From NCBI GenBank assembly GCA_963781885.1, contig CAWAHW010000002.1, positions 352,001-416,000 on the forward strand: a stretch of DNA of 64,000 nt, read 5' to 3'. The notes under the pieces are model-generated. The model did not search any database. It was not told the origin of the DNA and saw only the letters and a list, made by a program, of their open reading frames with translations. Position 1 is the first letter of the stretch, and each line of letters opens with the position of its first letter. A program made the position numbers and the translations under genes. This DNA is from an uncultured Spirochaetota bacterium. Its GTDB lineage: Bacteria > Spirochaetota > Spirochaetia > SZUA-6 > Fen-1364. Shown here piece by piece: positions 1 through 11,351 of the stretch.

Positions 1-1634
1 TGGAAAGCGTCTCCAAGGGGCGCACGTCCCAGGCCATCAAGAAGCTCATGGGCCTGGCGCCGAAGACGGCGGTGGTGATCCACGACGGCGTGGAGAGCGA
101 GATACCGATCGCCGAGGTGGAGGTGGGCGATCTCGTGCGGGTCCGTCCCGGCGGGAAGGTGCCCGTGGACGGCGACGTGGTGGATGGCTACACGTCGGTG
201 GACGAATCGATGCTCACGGGGGAGAGCATACCCGTGGAGAAAAAGGCGGGTGACCCTGTCACCGGGGCGAGCATCAACAAGAACGGCACCATCACATTCC
301 GCGCGACGCGTGTCGGCGGCGACACTGCCCTGGCCCAGATCATCAAGCTCGTCGAGCAGGCGCAGGGAAGCAAGGCGCCCATCGCGCGGCTCGCCGACGT
401 CGTCTCGGGCTATTTCGTGCCCATCGTGATGCTCGTCGCGCTGGCGGCAGGCGCGGCGTGGCTCTTGAGCGGCCAGAGCGTGGCATTCAGCATGAGCATC
501 TTCACCGCGGTGCTCGTGATCGCCTGCCCGTGCGCGCTGGGGCTTGCCACGCCCACGGCCATCATGGTGGGGACGGGCCGGGGGGCAGAGATGGGAATTC
601 TCATCAAGGGCGGGGCGGCGCTGGAAGAGACGCACAGGATCCGCACCGTGATCCTCGACAAGACGGGCACCATCACGGAGGGAGCGCCTGTCGTCACGGA
701 CATCGCCCTTTCAAACGGCACATCCGAAGATGCCTTGCTGCAGCTCGCGGCTTCCGCGGAGAAGGGCTCCGAGCACCCCCTGGGGGATGCAGTCGTGCAG
801 GGCGCGGAAAGGCGGAACCTTCCGCTCCTGCCTCTGGAGAGCTTCCAGGCGCTGCCGGGTCTTGGAATCGAGGCGCGCATCGACGGCAAGGCCGTTCTCC
901 TGGGGAACGAAAAGTTGATGGCGGAGCGGAGCATCGACCTGGGCAGCCTGCGTCCCGCCGCGGCCCTTCTGGCGGAGGCGGGGAAGACACCGATGTTCGT
1001 CGCCGTGGACCGGATGACCGCCGGCGTGATTGCCGTTGCCGATGTGCCGAAGCAGACGAGCGCGCCGGCGATCGCAGAGCTCCGCGCACTGGGCCTGGAG
1101 GTCGTCATGATCACGGGCGACAACGAGAGAACGGCGCAGGCCGTTGCGCGGCAGGTCGGCGTGGACAGGGTATACGCCGGGGTGCTGCCGCACCAGAAGG
1201 CGGAGGCGGTGAGGCGCATCCAGGCCGAGGGAGCCGGGGGCCGGGTCGCCATGGTCGGGGACGGCATCAACGACGCGGCGGCGCTGGCGCAGGCCGACAT
1301 CGGCATCGCCATCGGATCGGGCACGGACGTCGCCATCGAATCCGCCGACATCGTGCTCATGAAGAGCGACCTTTCCGACGTGGCAGGGGCCATCCGCCTG
1401 AGCCGGGCCACCATCCGCACGATCAGGCAGAATCTCTTCTGGGCTTTCTGCTACAACGTGCTGGGCATCCCGATTGCCGCGGGTGTCCTCCACCTTTTTG
1501 GAGGCCCGCTCCTGAACCCCATCTTCGCCGCCGCGGCCATGTCGCTGAGCTCGGTGTCCGTGGTGAGCAACGCCCTTCGGCTACGCCGATTCTCCGCGCA
1601 CCGGGGCATGGAGGTCGCGTATGGATCACGGTAG
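1..1634 (+). CDS. copA: Copper-translocating P1B-type ATPase (5' truncated by window edge)
   Basis: Frame open from position 3 ([18 protein letters not shown]…). Motifs TGES, CPC, DKTGT, SEHP, GDGIND, YN and MSLSS are typical of Cu(I) P1B-1 pumps. Confidence 0.95.
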   Translation, partial: ESVSKGRTSQAIKKLMGLAPKTAVVIHDGVESEIPIAEVEVGDLVRVRPGGKVPVDGDVVDGYTSVDESMLTGESIPVEKKAGDPVTGASINKNGTITFRATRVGGDTALAQIIKLVEQAQGSKAPIARLADVVSGYFVPIVMLVALAAGAAWLLSGQSVAFSMSIFTAVLVIACPCALGLATPTAIMVGTGRGAEMGILIKGGAALEETHRIRTVILDKTGTITEGAPVVTDIALSNGTSEDALLQLAASAEKGSEHPLGDAVVQGAERRNLPLLPLESFQALPGLGIEARIDGKAVLLGNEKLMAERSIDLGSLRPAAALLAEAGKTPMFVAVDRMTAGVIAVADVPKQTSAPAIAELRALGLEVVMITGDNERTAQAVARQVGVDRVYAGVLPHQKAEAVRRIQAEGAGGRVAMVGDGINDAAALAQADIGIAIGSGTDVAIESADIVLMKSDLSDVAGAIRLSRATIRTIRQNLFWAFCYNVLGIPIAAGVLHLFGGPLLNPIFAAAAMSLSSVSVVSNALRLRRFSAHRGMEVAYGSR

Positions 1635-1896
1635 TCATGAATCCCACAAGGCAATGGCGCTCCTGAAGACGGCCCGCGGCCAGGTGGACGGCGTGCTGCG
1701 CATGGTGGAGGAGGACCGCTATTGCATCGACGTGGCGAAACAGGTCCTGGCCACCATCGCCCTTCTGAAGAAGGCGAACATCGTGATCCTCCGCCAGCAC
1801 ATGGACACGTGCGTGAAGGACGCGATCCGCACCGACAAGGGCGCGGAAAAGATCGACGAGATTTCGATGATTCTCGAGACCTATCTGGAGAGATGA
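1621..1896 (+). CDS. csoR: CsoR/RcnR-family metal-sensing repressor
   Basis: 91 aa; [13 protein letters not shown] and H(M)DTC motifs; overlaps the copA end; GGAGG RBS. Confidence 0.9.
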   Translation: MDHGSHESHKAMALLKTARGQVDGVLRMVEEDRYCIDVAKQVLATIALLKKANIVILRQHMDTCVKDAIRTDKGAEKIDEISMILETYLER

Positions 1897-1906
1897 GGAG
1901 GAACAC

Positions 1907-2071
1907 ATGGCAGCATCGACAGGGAAAGTGAAGGATCCCGTGTGCGGCATGACGATCGACGCCGCCACCGCGGCGGCAAAGCGGAGCCATGACGGGAAGG
2001 ACTACTACTTCTGCGCGCAGGGCTGCGCCCGCGCCTTCGATTCCGATCCCGCGAAATACGCGGTGAAGTAG
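1907..2071 (+). CDS. YHS-domain small metal-binding protein (54 aa, absent from the ORF track)
   Basis: MAASTGKVKDPVCGMTIDAATAAAKRSHDGKDYYFCAQGCARAFDSDPAKYAVK; DPVCGM…YYFC…C…F..DP..Y signature; GAGGAGG RBS. Confidence 0.9.
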   Translation: MAASTGKVKDPVCGMTIDAATAAAKRSHDGKDYYFCAQGCARAFDSDPAKYAVK

Positions 2072-2078
2072 GTCCGCT

Positions 2079-2729
2079 CTAGCCTTTCGAGCCGATCGTG
2101 GCGAGCACGCCGCCGGCCACGATGCGCCGCTGTGACCTGATGTCCAGTCCGGCACCCGTGAAGAGGGCGGCAATCTCGGCGCGCGTGTGGATGCGCTGGT
2201 GGGCGATGATGCCTCCCGCGAGCGACGGCAGGACGCCATCGGCGAGGCAGAAGAAGCCATTCGGCCGCAGCACGCGCGCGATCTCCCGCAGGCCTGCCGC
2301 CTGGTCATGCCAGTGATGGAAAGAGACGGTGCTGAAGGCGACGTCCACGGAAGAGTCGGGGAGGGGCACCGCCTCGCCCCTTCCGACGTGGAAAGAGGCC
2401 GAAGGCGTCAGGAGCCGCGCAAGCTCGATCATGCCTTCCGCCGGGTCCACGCCCACATGATGAGCGGTCGGCCATCGCGCGGAGGCCCGCCGGAGCAACC
2501 GGCCCGTGCCGCAGCCGACATCGAGGACGCTCTCCGGCACCCGGCCGTCCAGCTGCGCCTCCACGAGATTCAGGACTGCCCGATGCACGGGGCCGAAAAA
2601 GAAGAACTGCCCGAGGGAACGTTCGTACGTGCGCGACCAGCGGTGGAACTTGTCGACGTCCTCTCTGGAAGGTGTCACCATGGCGTAAAGGTACCGATTT
2701 TTGCGTTCAGCCGTCCGCCGCGCCGTCAC
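2079..2729 (-). CDS. Class I SAM-dependent methyltransferase
   Basis: VLDVGCGTG, GVD, and FHHW…L.EI.RVLRPNG motifs; GTGA overlap with the upstream stop; alternative ATG start at 2681. Confidence 0.85.
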   Translation of the reverse strand: MTARRTAERKNRYLYAMVTPSREDVDKFHRWSRTYERSLGQFFFFGPVHRAVLNLVEAQLDGRVPESVLDVGCGTGRLLRRASARWPTAHHVGVDPAEGMIELARLLTPSASFHVGRGEAVPLPDSSVDVAFSTVSFHHWHDQAAGLREIARVLRPNGFFCLADGVLPSLAGGIIAHQRIHTRAEIAALFTGAGLDIRSQRRIVAGGVLATIGSKG

Positions 2730-4758
2730 GAGCCGTCATGCGGGCGAAGGACCTCGGTGCCCGGAAGATGCGCGGGGTATTCCTCGCGGATGTCCAGCGC
2801 CGCACCCAGGGTGGAGGATGCAACCCACGAAGCGGCACTGCCGTAGGAGCCCTTGCCCCCCACCAGGTGGTGCATGTAGTCCCAGTCGGTGTGATTATAT
2901 TGTTCGGGCTGGTAGCCGACGAAGTCGGGGCCGCAGTTGAGCGGCCGCTCGGGCGTGGAGATCATCTGGCCGCAGAAACCCATCAGGTCGTGCGCATAAT
3001 CCGCCCAGCAAGGCTCCGAAAGTGCCGAGGAAAGACGGAGGAAGTCCAGGGCGATCATCATCCCGTACGGATCGAGGTGATGGTGCGCGACTGACACCGT
3101 CGTTCCACCGTACGTGTGGAAGCCCATCCGCCCCAGGGGACTCTGCGCGGAGAAAGGCACGTCCCACGTGAACTGCCAGCCCAGGCAGAACGCGGCTGCT
3201 TCCCGCGCAGCTTCGATGAGCGCCGGATCCCCTGTCACGCGGTGGAGGAGCAGGAAGGCGCGCAGGAGGGCGTGCCCTGCCTCCTTGTCCGTGCACTCGG
3301 CGTCCAGCGTGTCGAAGGTGAAGCGCTGCGGCTTCACCGCGGCATTAATGAAGTAGTCCGCCGCCCGACGCGCGGCGGGCAGCCAGGATCGGTCGCCCAT
3401 GCGGATGAGCTCCGCCATGAGCCAGATGATGTAGGCGCCATTCGTGCCGCGCGCATCGAGCAACTCTCCGGTCGGCGACCAGAATCGGCCGAAATTCCCG
3501 TCGGGCAGTTGATGCGCCGCGAAGAAGTCCGCGATGCGCCGTGCGTGATCGAGCCACCTTTCATCCCGGCCGCTGCCGGCACGATCGTAGAGGAGGGCAT
3601 ACTGCTGCGCCGACTCTCCCATGCACCGGGTGGATGCCACGGCAGCAAGACCGCGGCCGGGGAAAAAGAAGCCGCCGAAGCGCCGGGCATGAATGCTGTA
3701 GTCGTCGAATGCCAGACCGCTGGGAAGCTCTCCGCCGAGCATGAATGAAGCAATCTCCCGCGCAGCCGCCGGCAGGTCGGCGTCGCGGTATTCCCGGCCC
3801 AGCCGATGGAAACTTGCCGCCGCTTCCAGGCCTTTTGCAAGGAAAGATCCGCCGAGGAAATCGCCGAAAAAGCGCTGGAGGATGGGCGGCAGGCGCAGCT
3901 CCCGCATGATGCCTGTCGCTGCGCCCTTCCGGTACAACGCGTGCGTCCGCAGCCAATGCGTTTTCAGCGCGATGAAACGATTCCAGTCGACGCCGGCCCA
4001 GAGGTCGAGTCCTTCCGGCCTGCAGCGGCGCCGCGCAGCGGCAAAGACCTCCCGATAGGGGATCCGGGAGCCCGGGGAGTGCAGGAGGATGAATGCCCTT
4101 TCGAATCGGAAGCCGGGGCCGGGTGAAACCACGCGCGGCGCGGCCCGTGCAGACCGCCGATGAGGACTCCTTTCTCCCGGTAGGACGATGGGCTTTCTTC
4201 ATACGGCGTGGCGATTTCGAGCTCCACGAAGCCCTGCCGCGACTTCGAACGGATGCTTCCGATCTCTTCCTCCGTGCGCGCGGGAAGGGAGAAGAACGCC
4301 CAGGCCCCGGCGTCCCCGGCAAGGATGGCGCAGGATGGAATCGGGCACCGGTCCTCTCGAAAGGACCATCCGACGTCCAGACCGCCGCGGGGGAACCTGC
4401 CGGCGCCTTCGTGATTGCCGTCCACCATGACCGCGGGCACCACCCATTCGGAAAAGGTACCTTCAAGCTCCACGACGCAGGGCAGACGGACAGGGGCCCG
4501 TGTGGCGAGCTCCCATACGCGATGGATCTCCAGCGCCCCGTCGGCAGCGGTGCACAGCTCGTCGCGCACCGTGCCCAAGGGTCCTTCGGCGCGCACGCCA
4601 CCGCCCTCCACGGTCACGGTGCGTGGCGGGATCCTGCCGCGCGGCGTGATCAGCTCGTAAAGGATGACGACCGCAGGTCCTTTGGCAAGATGCACGCGGA
4701 CGGCCGTGCCGTCCCGGACAGCCTCGATTCTGAAGCTCACCGGCGCCCCTCCCGACAT
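2726..4758 (-). CDS. Uncharacterised ~677-aa protein with probable C-terminal (alpha/alpha)-barrel glycosidase/lyase-like domain; 1-nt frameshift near 4120
   Basis: N-part MSGGAPVSFRIE…RRAWFH (frame of ORF 3964..5130, ATG at 4758) continues as GPGFRFERAF… (ORF 2726..4132). Helical-barrel-like segments WLDHARRIADF..AHQLPDG, WLPAARRAADY, LHRVTGDPALIEAA. Confidence 0.6.
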
Positions 4759-4793
4759 TTTTGACCCCTTTGCCCCGCCGCCTCCGGTGCGCC

Positions 4794-6194
4794 TCAGCTC
4801 GATGATTGTCCCCGATCCTCGGACAATCCGTAGCGGGCGATCTTCTGTGCCAGGGTCTTTCGCGTGATGTGCAGCTCGCGCGCGGTCTTCGACTTGTTGC
4901 CGTCGTTGCGCGTAAGGCTGTCGGCGATCCGCCGCCTTTCGTATTCCCGGGTGATCGCTCCCAGGCCGCTTTTCAGGCCGGTGTCGGTGGGCGATGCCGT
5001 GTCTTCCCCGGGGGGCCGTATGACGCGCGGTGCTCCGGGTCGGCCCGGCGCCAAGAAGCTTTTTTCCCCCAGCAGCACGATCTGGTTCACCGTGTTCTCC
5101 AGCTCCCGGACATTGCCCGGCCAGCTCCACGCTTCCAGCGCCTTCAGGGTGTCGGCGCTCAGCGTGATCGGCGCGCGGGTATACCGTTCCTTGTACTTCG
5201 CAAGGAAATGCCCGACGAGCAGGGGGATGTCGCCCTGCCGCTCGCGCAGCGGCGAAAGGTGGAGCGACACGACGTTGAGGCGATAGAAGAGGTCCTCGCG
5301 GAACCTTCCGTCGCGGATGAGAGCCGCGAGGTCCTTGTTGGTGGCCGCGATGATGCGCGCGTCGACGCTGATCCGCTTCACGCCGCCCACCCGCTCGAAG
5401 CTGGACTCCTCGATCACGCGCAGGAGCTTCGCCTGGGTGTCCATCGACATGTCGCCGATCTCGTCCAGAAGGAGCGTGCCTCCATTGGCCAGCTCGAACT
5501 TTCCCCTCTTTCTCTCCACCGCGCCCGTGAAGGCGCCCCGCTCGTGGCCGAAGAGCTCGGAGAGCAGCAGGCTTTCGCTGAGGGCGGCGCAGTTGATGGA
5601 GATGAATTCGCCGTCTCGGCGCGCGCCGGTGAAGTGGATGTAGCGCGCAAGCACCTCCTTGCCGGTGCCGCTCTCCCCCGTGATGAGGACCGTGACCGCC
5701 GTGTCCTTCACCTTGTCGGCGGTGGCGAGCAGCGCCTGGACCGCCGGATCGCGCGTGACAAAGGTGTGGGGCACGGACCGCAGCGTGAGCTCGTCGCGGA
5801 GGAAACGGTTCTCCCGCGCGAGGGTGCGGAGCTGCAGGTTCCTGCGCACGGCGTCCAGAAGCTTCGCGTTGTCGATGGGCTTGAGGAAATAGTCCGCGGC
5901 GCCGCCCTTCATGGAGGTGATGACGCTGTCGATGCTGCCGAAGCCGGTGATGACGATCACCACGACGTCGGGCTCCTGGCGCTTCAATTCGCGCAGAAGG
6001 TCGATGCCCGAGCGCTCCCCGCGCAGGCGGATGTCGATCAGGGCAGCGTCCAGCGGGTACTTCCCCGCCGCGGCCACGGCCGCGTCGAAATCGGCTGCGC
6101 TGTGCACGGAGAATCCCTCCTTGCGGAAAAGGTTCTCCAGGCCGTGGCGGATCCCCTCTTCGTCATCCACGATCAGGATCGATGCGCCCTTCAC
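4794..6194 (-). CDS. Sigma54-dependent response regulator (NtrC family: REC-AAA+-HTH)
   Basis: ILIVDDE receiver, GESGTGKE Walker A, GAFTGA loop, LLLDEIG, FREDLFYRLNV, WPGNVREL, C-terminal Fis-like HTH; GTG start overlaps the kinase stop. Confidence 0.95.
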   Translation of the reverse strand: MKGASILIVDDEEGIRHGLENLFRKEGFSVHSAADFDAAVAAAGKYPLDAALIDIRLRGERSGIDLLRELKRQEPDVVVIVITGFGSIDSVITSMKGGAADYFLKPIDNAKLLDAVRRNLQLRTLARENRFLRDELTLRSVPHTFVTRDPAVQALLATADKVKDTAVTVLITGESGTGKEVLARYIHFTGARRDGEFISINCAALSESLLLSELFGHERGAFTGAVERKRGKFELANGGTLLLDEIGDMSMDTQAKLLRVIEESSFERVGGVKRISVDARIIAATNKDLAALIRDGRFREDLFYRLNVVSLHLSPLRERQGDIPLLVGHFLAKYKERYTRAPITLSADTLKALEAWSWPGNVRELENTVNQIVLLGEKSFLAPGRPGAPRVIRPPGEDTASPTDTGLKSGLGAITREYERRRIADSLTRNDGNKSKTARELHITRKTLAQKIARYGLSEDRGQSSS

Positions 6195-8327
6195 GATGCT
6201 GCCCTCGCGCCCGTGGGGCCGTCGGGCCTGCACGGCAGGCTCAGGGAGAAGCGTGCGCCGCGGCCTTCCCGGCTTTTCACGTCGATCGCCCCGTTGTATT
6301 TCGTGACGATGCCGTACACCACGGACAGGCCGAGGCCCGTGCCTTCCCCGTTGGCCTTCGTCGTGAAGAACGGGTCGAAGATGCGCGGCACGATCTCCTT
6401 GGGAATGCCCCCGCCGGTATCCGCGATCGACAGTGCCACGCGGCCGGTGCCGTTCACGCGGCGCGTGCTGATGAGGATCCTCCCCGGCCCGTCGATGGCC
6501 CGAATCGAGTTGGAAAGCAGGTTGATGACGACCTGCTTCAGCTCATCCGTGCTCACGACGGTCGCGGGCAGGTCCTTTCCCAGACGGGTGTCGATGCGGA
6601 TCCGCTCTTCCCGGGCGAGGGAGCGGCTCACCAGCCCGATCACCTCCCGCACCACCTGGTTCACATCGGAGCCGGCCGTGCGGTCGGAATCGGTGGCGGC
6701 GAAGTTCAGAAGCTCCTGCACGATGCGCGCGATGCGCCGCGTCTCCTGCTCGATCCACTTCAGGGAGACGCGCCGCTCGGGGCTCGATTCGTCGTCGATG
6801 AGATTCTGCACGTTCGTGAGGATGGACCCCAGCGGGTTGTTGATCTCGTGGGCCATGCCCGCGGACAGCATGCTGATGGTGGCGAGCTTCTCCGCCTGGA
6901 AGATCTTCTGCTCCAGCTCCGTCTTCGCGCTGATGTCCTCCGCCATGAACACGCATCCCGAGGCCTCGTGGAACTCGCCCTCCGAGCTGTAGAAGGGGTA
7001 GAGACGGATCTCGTAGACCCTGCCCCTCCCCGAGCGCTTCACTTCCGAATGGAACTCGCGCTCCCGGCGGAAGATGGAGAAGATTTTCTCCGCGATCGAC
7101 TCATCGATGATGTCGATGGCGAGGTACGTGAGGGGCACGCCGATCACGTGCGCCTCCGACAGGTGGAACGATTCGAGGAAGGCATTGTTCGCCTTCTCCA
7201 CGACCAGGTCGCGGTTGACGATCGCGATGCCGGCCCGGATGGAGTCGACGATTTTCTCATTGTATTCCTTCAGGAGCATCGTCTCCTGGAGCGCCTCGTG
7301 GATCGCGGTGCGATTCTGGGAGAGCTCGCGCGCCATGTCGTTGAAGCTCGTGAAAAGCCTCCCGATCTCGTAGCCGCCGATGGTGCGGACCTGGGTGTCG
7401 AGCGCCCCTTCGCGGATGCGCCTCATCGCGGCGAACAGCTCGGCGATGGGATGGGTGATATTGCGCGAGAGGAAGATGCTGAGCACCAGGGTGAGCAGGG
7501 CGCCGGCAAGGGACACCGCGAGGATCGTCCTGTCCAGCAGGAGCAGCTTCGCGTCGTAAGGGTCATTGGAGAGGAAGGTCCCCAGAAAGAGCTCGTCCCC
7601 CTCCTGCCCATTGTCACAGGCGCCCTATCTTCTGGAATGCCGCGTTGAAGGTCTCCCGGCCCATGCGCTGGTCGTACAGCTCGCGGTAGGCGCTCTGCAT
7701 GCCGGCGGGGTCGAAGAAGCCGGGCGTCGCGTCCGGCGCGAGGGAGGATGCCATGACGCGCGTGCCCTGGAGGAATACCACGAATGACTTCCTGTTCAAC
7801 GTAAGCTGGGCGCAGAAGTCACGGTCGATGCGCTTGAGGAAAAAGGCATCGGCGCGTGGTCCCCCCGGGGCGCCGATGCGCGTCGCCCCGATGAGGCAGA
7901 GCGTGCCGCGGATGCTCACCAACTGGATGTAGGGGTACTCCCGGGAGTTGGCGAGCTCCTGCAGATCGGAAATGTCCAGGGTCCCGGGAAAGGTCTGGAC
8001 GAAACCCGAAACGCCCCCGCGCATGTTCTTCAGCGCCAGCGCATCCACCTTGCTCGTAAGCAGGAGCTCCCTCAAGGAGCGGTCGAGCGCATCCGGGGCT
8101 TCGCGCGCAACCCGCGGGGCGTTCGCGAGCTCGATGAGGCTTTTCCAGATCTGGCGCTTCCAGGAGTTGAAGCCGTCGTAGAGGACGGTCGCCTCATCCC
8201 CCAGCTCTCTGCCCGCGTCGGCGAGGTTGGCCCTTCGGGTGACGTTCGTGATCAGCAGGATCGTGAGCGCGGCCTGGAAAACAATGACGCCGATAAAAAA
8301 GAGGAATGTCTTCCTGAAAAGCTTCAT
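6191..8327 (-). CDS. Membrane sensor histidine kinase (TM-extracellular domain-TM-HAMP-PAS-HisKA-HATPase); 1-nt frameshift near 7616
   Basis: ORF 7614..8327 (N-terminal TM) joins ORF 6191..7516 via …IGRL|DNGQEGDELFLG…; AHEINNPL H-box, FDPFFTTK, GTGLGL. Confidence 0.88.
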
Positions 8328-9085
8328 GCGTCCTGTTTCACCACCGTTTCCGCCCCCACGATGAGGCTCACGACCTCATCGGCGTTGGTGTCCTTCGTGA
8401 TCAGCTCGGCGACCTTCTCTCCACGGCGCATGATGGCCATGCGGTCGGCGACCTGGAAGATGTCGTGCATCTGGTGGCTGATGACGATGATGCCGATGCC
8501 GTGGCTCTTCAGCAGGTTGATCGTGTCGATGACCTTCTTCTGTTCTGCCACGCCGAGGGCCGCGGTGGGCTCGTCCATGATGAGGAACTTTGCGTCCCAG
8601 TAGATCGAGCGGGAGATGGCGACCGCCTGGCGCTGGCCGCCGGAGAGCGCCCGTATGCGGTTGCGAAGGGAGGGGATGAGGATGTCCAGCTTTTCCAGTA
8701 TCTTGCGGCTCTCCGTCTGCATGTACGAATGGTCCAGGACATTGAGGAAGCCCAGGATCTTTTTCATCTTCTCCCGTCCGAGGAAGATGTTGGCGGGGGT
8801 GTTGAGGTTTTCCGCCAGCGCAAGGTCCTGGTAGATCGTCTCGATGCCCATCGCCAGCGCGTCCATGGGGGAGTCGATCTGCACCTCCTTGTCCATGAAC
8901 AGGATCTTTCCCGAGTCCGCCTTGTACACCCCGGAGATCACCTTGATGAGGGTGGACTTTCCCGCCCCGTTGTCCCCGAGCAGCCCGACGACCTCTCCCG
9001 CCTGCACGCCCAGGCTCACGTTGTCGACGGCCACCAGACCGCCGAATCGCTTCGTGATATTCCTGACTTCAAGCACGAATCCCAT
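8324..9085 (-). CDS. Sugar ABC transporter ATP-binding protein (single domain)
   Basis: GDNGAGKST, LSGGQRQ, MDEPTAALG. Confidence 0.93.
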   Translation of the reverse strand: MGFVLEVRNITKRFGGLVAVDNVSLGVQAGEVVGLLGDNGAGKSTLIKVISGVYKADSGKILFMDKEVQIDSPMDALAMGIETIYQDLALAENLNTPANIFLGREKMKKILGFLNVLDHSYMQTESRKILEKLDILIPSLRNRIRALSGGQRQAVAISRSIYWDAKFLIMDEPTAALGVAEQKKVIDTINLLKSHGIGIIVISHQMHDIFQVADRMAIMRRGEKVAELITKDTNADEVVSLIVGAETVVKQDA

Positions 9086-9089
9086 GCCG

Positions 9090-10136
9090 CTAGTCCTCCT
9101 TGTGAATCATCTCGGGGAAGAACTGGTCGATCAATACGGCAAAGATCAGGATGACCCCCACCGCGATGTACTTGTCGAAGGTCTGCACGCCCATCATCTT
9201 CAGCCCCATCTCCAGGATGGAGAGGATGAGGACACCGAGGATTGTCCGCCAGATGGTGCCCACACCGCCGAACAGGCTCGCGCCGCCGATCACGACGGCC
9301 ACGACCGAGTCGAGCATGAAGGAGGAGCCCGCGTCCGCCTTGCCCGACACGTACTCCAGCATGTAGATGATGCCCGAAAGGGTGGCGAAGAAGGAGGACA
9401 TGACGTAGATCACGATCAGGTGTCTGCTCGTGTTGATTCCCGCGCGCACCGCGGCATCGATATTGCCGCCAATGGCGTAGGTGTGCCTGCCGAACCGTGT
9501 GCGCTTCAGGAGGAACGCCGCCACCGCGATCACGAGCACTGTCACGACGACCATCGTGGGGATGATGTCGATCACGTCGGCTCCGCCTTCCGGGCGGGCG
9601 AAGAACCAGATACCCTTGCCGGGGACCAGGTGGATGAAGTAGCTGTTGCCGATGATGTTCGCCAGATTCGGCACGTTGATGGCGGCGGAGCCCTGCGTGA
9701 TCAGCAGGGAGGTGCCATAGGTGATTCCCTGCACGGCGAATGTCGCGAGGAATGGCGGCACCTTCAAGCGCGCCACCAGGACGCCGTTGACAAAGCCTGG
9801 GAGCAGGCCTATCGCGAGAGTGATCAGGATGGCAAAGAGGATTGAGAGCTCGGGAGGCAGCCCTAGAACATCGAAGCGAACGGCGAGCTTGGCCGACACG
9901 ACGGAGGCAAATCCCATGACGAATCCCACGGAGAGGTCAATGCCGCCCGTGACGATGACGAACGTCTCCGCGGTGGCGAGCAGGGCCAGGGTCGTGCTGT
10001 AAAACAGCACGATCTGGAAGCCGTTCAGGGAAAAGAACCCGCCCCCCAGGAAGCTGAAGAAGACCAGCTCGATGAGGAGGAAGAGCATGGCCCATCGTTG
10101 TCCGATGAGGGAGGTGAATCCGCGTGCGCGCGCCAT
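9090..10136 (-). CDS. Sugar ABC permease (RbsC/BPD_transp_2 family)
   Basis: Start MARARG at 10136; GGIDLSVG, PPFLAT, TRFGRHTYAIGGN, VIGGASLFGG. Confidence 0.92.
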   Translation of the reverse strand: MARARGFTSLIGQRWAMLFLLIELVFFSFLGGGFFSLNGFQIVLFYSTTLALLATAETFVIVTGGIDLSVGFVMGFASVVSAKLAVRFDVLGLPPELSILFAILITLAIGLLPGFVNGVLVARLKVPPFLATFAVQGITYGTSLLITQGSAAINVPNLANIIGNSYFIHLVPGKGIWFFARPEGGADVIDIIPTMVVVTVLVIAVAAFLLKRTRFGRHTYAIGGNIDAAVRAGINTSRHLIVIYVMSSFFATLSGIIYMLEYVSGKADAGSSFMLDSVVAVVIGGASLFGGVGTIWRTILGVLILSILEMGLKMMGVQTFDKYIAVGVILIFAVLIDQFFPEMIHKED

Positions 10137-10150
10137 TGTCCGCTCCTTGC

Positions 10151-11233
10151 TCAAAAGAGATCCGGGAAGAGCTGGTCGATCACGACCGCGACGATGAGGA
10201 TGAGCCCGACGGCGATGTAGCGGTAAAAGGGTTGGACGCCCGACAGGTTCAGCCCGTTCTCCAGCACCTTCAGGAGGATCACCCCGACGGCGGAGGCGAG
10301 TATCCGCCCCTTGCCGCCCATGAGGCTCGCGCCGCCGATGATGACGGCGGCGATTGCGAAAAGCTCCAACTGGGCGCCGAATGTCGTGAAGTTGCCGGTC
10401 CCGCTCTGGAAAAGGTCCACGACGCCCGCCAGACCCGCGAGGAAGGTGGAAAGGACGTAGACAAGGATGAGGTGCCGGCGGGTGTTGATGCCTGCCCGGA
10501 CGGCGGCGTCCATGCTGCCGCCGATGGCGTACGTGTGCTGCCCGAAGCGGGTGTTTTTCAGGAGGTGCCAGAGCAGGAGGAGAAAGACGAAGATGAGGAT
10601 GAAGGAAATCGGGGCGATCCGCACCAGCTCCTTGATCTGGTTGGCGGCGACGCTCGCCGGACGGGCGAAAAAGCTCCAGGCGCCGCTCGCGGGATGCACG
10701 TAGAGCACGTACATGTTGCCGATGTCCGTCAGCCCCGGCGGCAGGTAGCCGATCGGGAAGCCGCCGCAGATATGGTAGGAAACGCCGATGGCGATGCCCA
10801 TCGTCCCGAGGGTGGCGATGAAAGGAGGCACCTTGAAGCGCGCGATCATCACGCCGGCAACCAGACCGCACGCAACGCTGGCCGCGATCCCCACGACGAT
10901 CCCCACGAGCACGCTCGCCGGCGCGCTCCAGTGGGCCGCGTAGAGAAGCTGCATGGTGCTTGCAGACGCCACCGCGGAAAGCCCGAGGACGAAGCCGACC
11001 GAGAGGTCGACGCCGCCGGTGATGATGACGAATGTCTCGGCGCACGCGAGGAGGAGCCCCGTCGTCGCCAGGTGGATGATGCTCTGGAAGTTATTCAGCG
11101 CGAAGAAGTTCTTTCCCGTAAAGGAAAAGATCACGACGATGAGCACGAGAAAGAAAAAAGACCAGTTGCGCGCGAGCACGGAAAACACCGACGCCTTTTC
11201 CCTGCCGCCTGTTGCCAGAGCCTTGTCTCCCAT
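10151..11233 (-). CDS. Sugar ABC permease (RbsC family), paralog of the adjacent permease
   Basis: GGVDLSVG, PPFIATLG, TRFGQHTYAIGG, IIGGASLMGG. Confidence 0.92.
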   Translation of the reverse strand: MGDKALATGGREKASVFSVLARNWSFFFLVLIVVIFSFTGKNFFALNNFQSIIHLATTGLLLACAETFVIITGGVDLSVGFVLGLSAVASASTMQLLYAAHWSAPASVLVGIVVGIAASVACGLVAGVMIARFKVPPFIATLGTMGIAIGVSYHICGGFPIGYLPPGLTDIGNMYVLYVHPASGAWSFFARPASVAANQIKELVRIAPISFILIFVFLLLLWHLLKNTRFGQHTYAIGGSMDAAVRAGINTRRHLILVYVLSTFLAGLAGVVDLFQSGTGNFTTFGAQLELFAIAAVIIGGASLMGGKGRILASAVGVILLKVLENGLNLSGVQPFYRYIAVGLILIVAVVIDQLFPDLF

Positions 11234-11305
11234 TGGTCACCTCTTCCCCGCGCCGATCGAAAAGCGATAGTACTCCATGATTGATGCAGTCGCAATCAGA
11301 AGGCG

Positions 11306-11335
11306 AAAAAAGGGCCGGCTCTCGAGAGCCGGCCC
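11306..11335 (-). terminator. Intrinsic terminator / mRNA-stabilising hairpin after the binding-protein gene
   Basis: GGGCCGGCTC-TCGA-GAGCCGGCCC perfect stem followed by T6 on the minus strand. Confidence 0.8.
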
Positions 11336-11351
11336 GCACGACGCACGTGAG

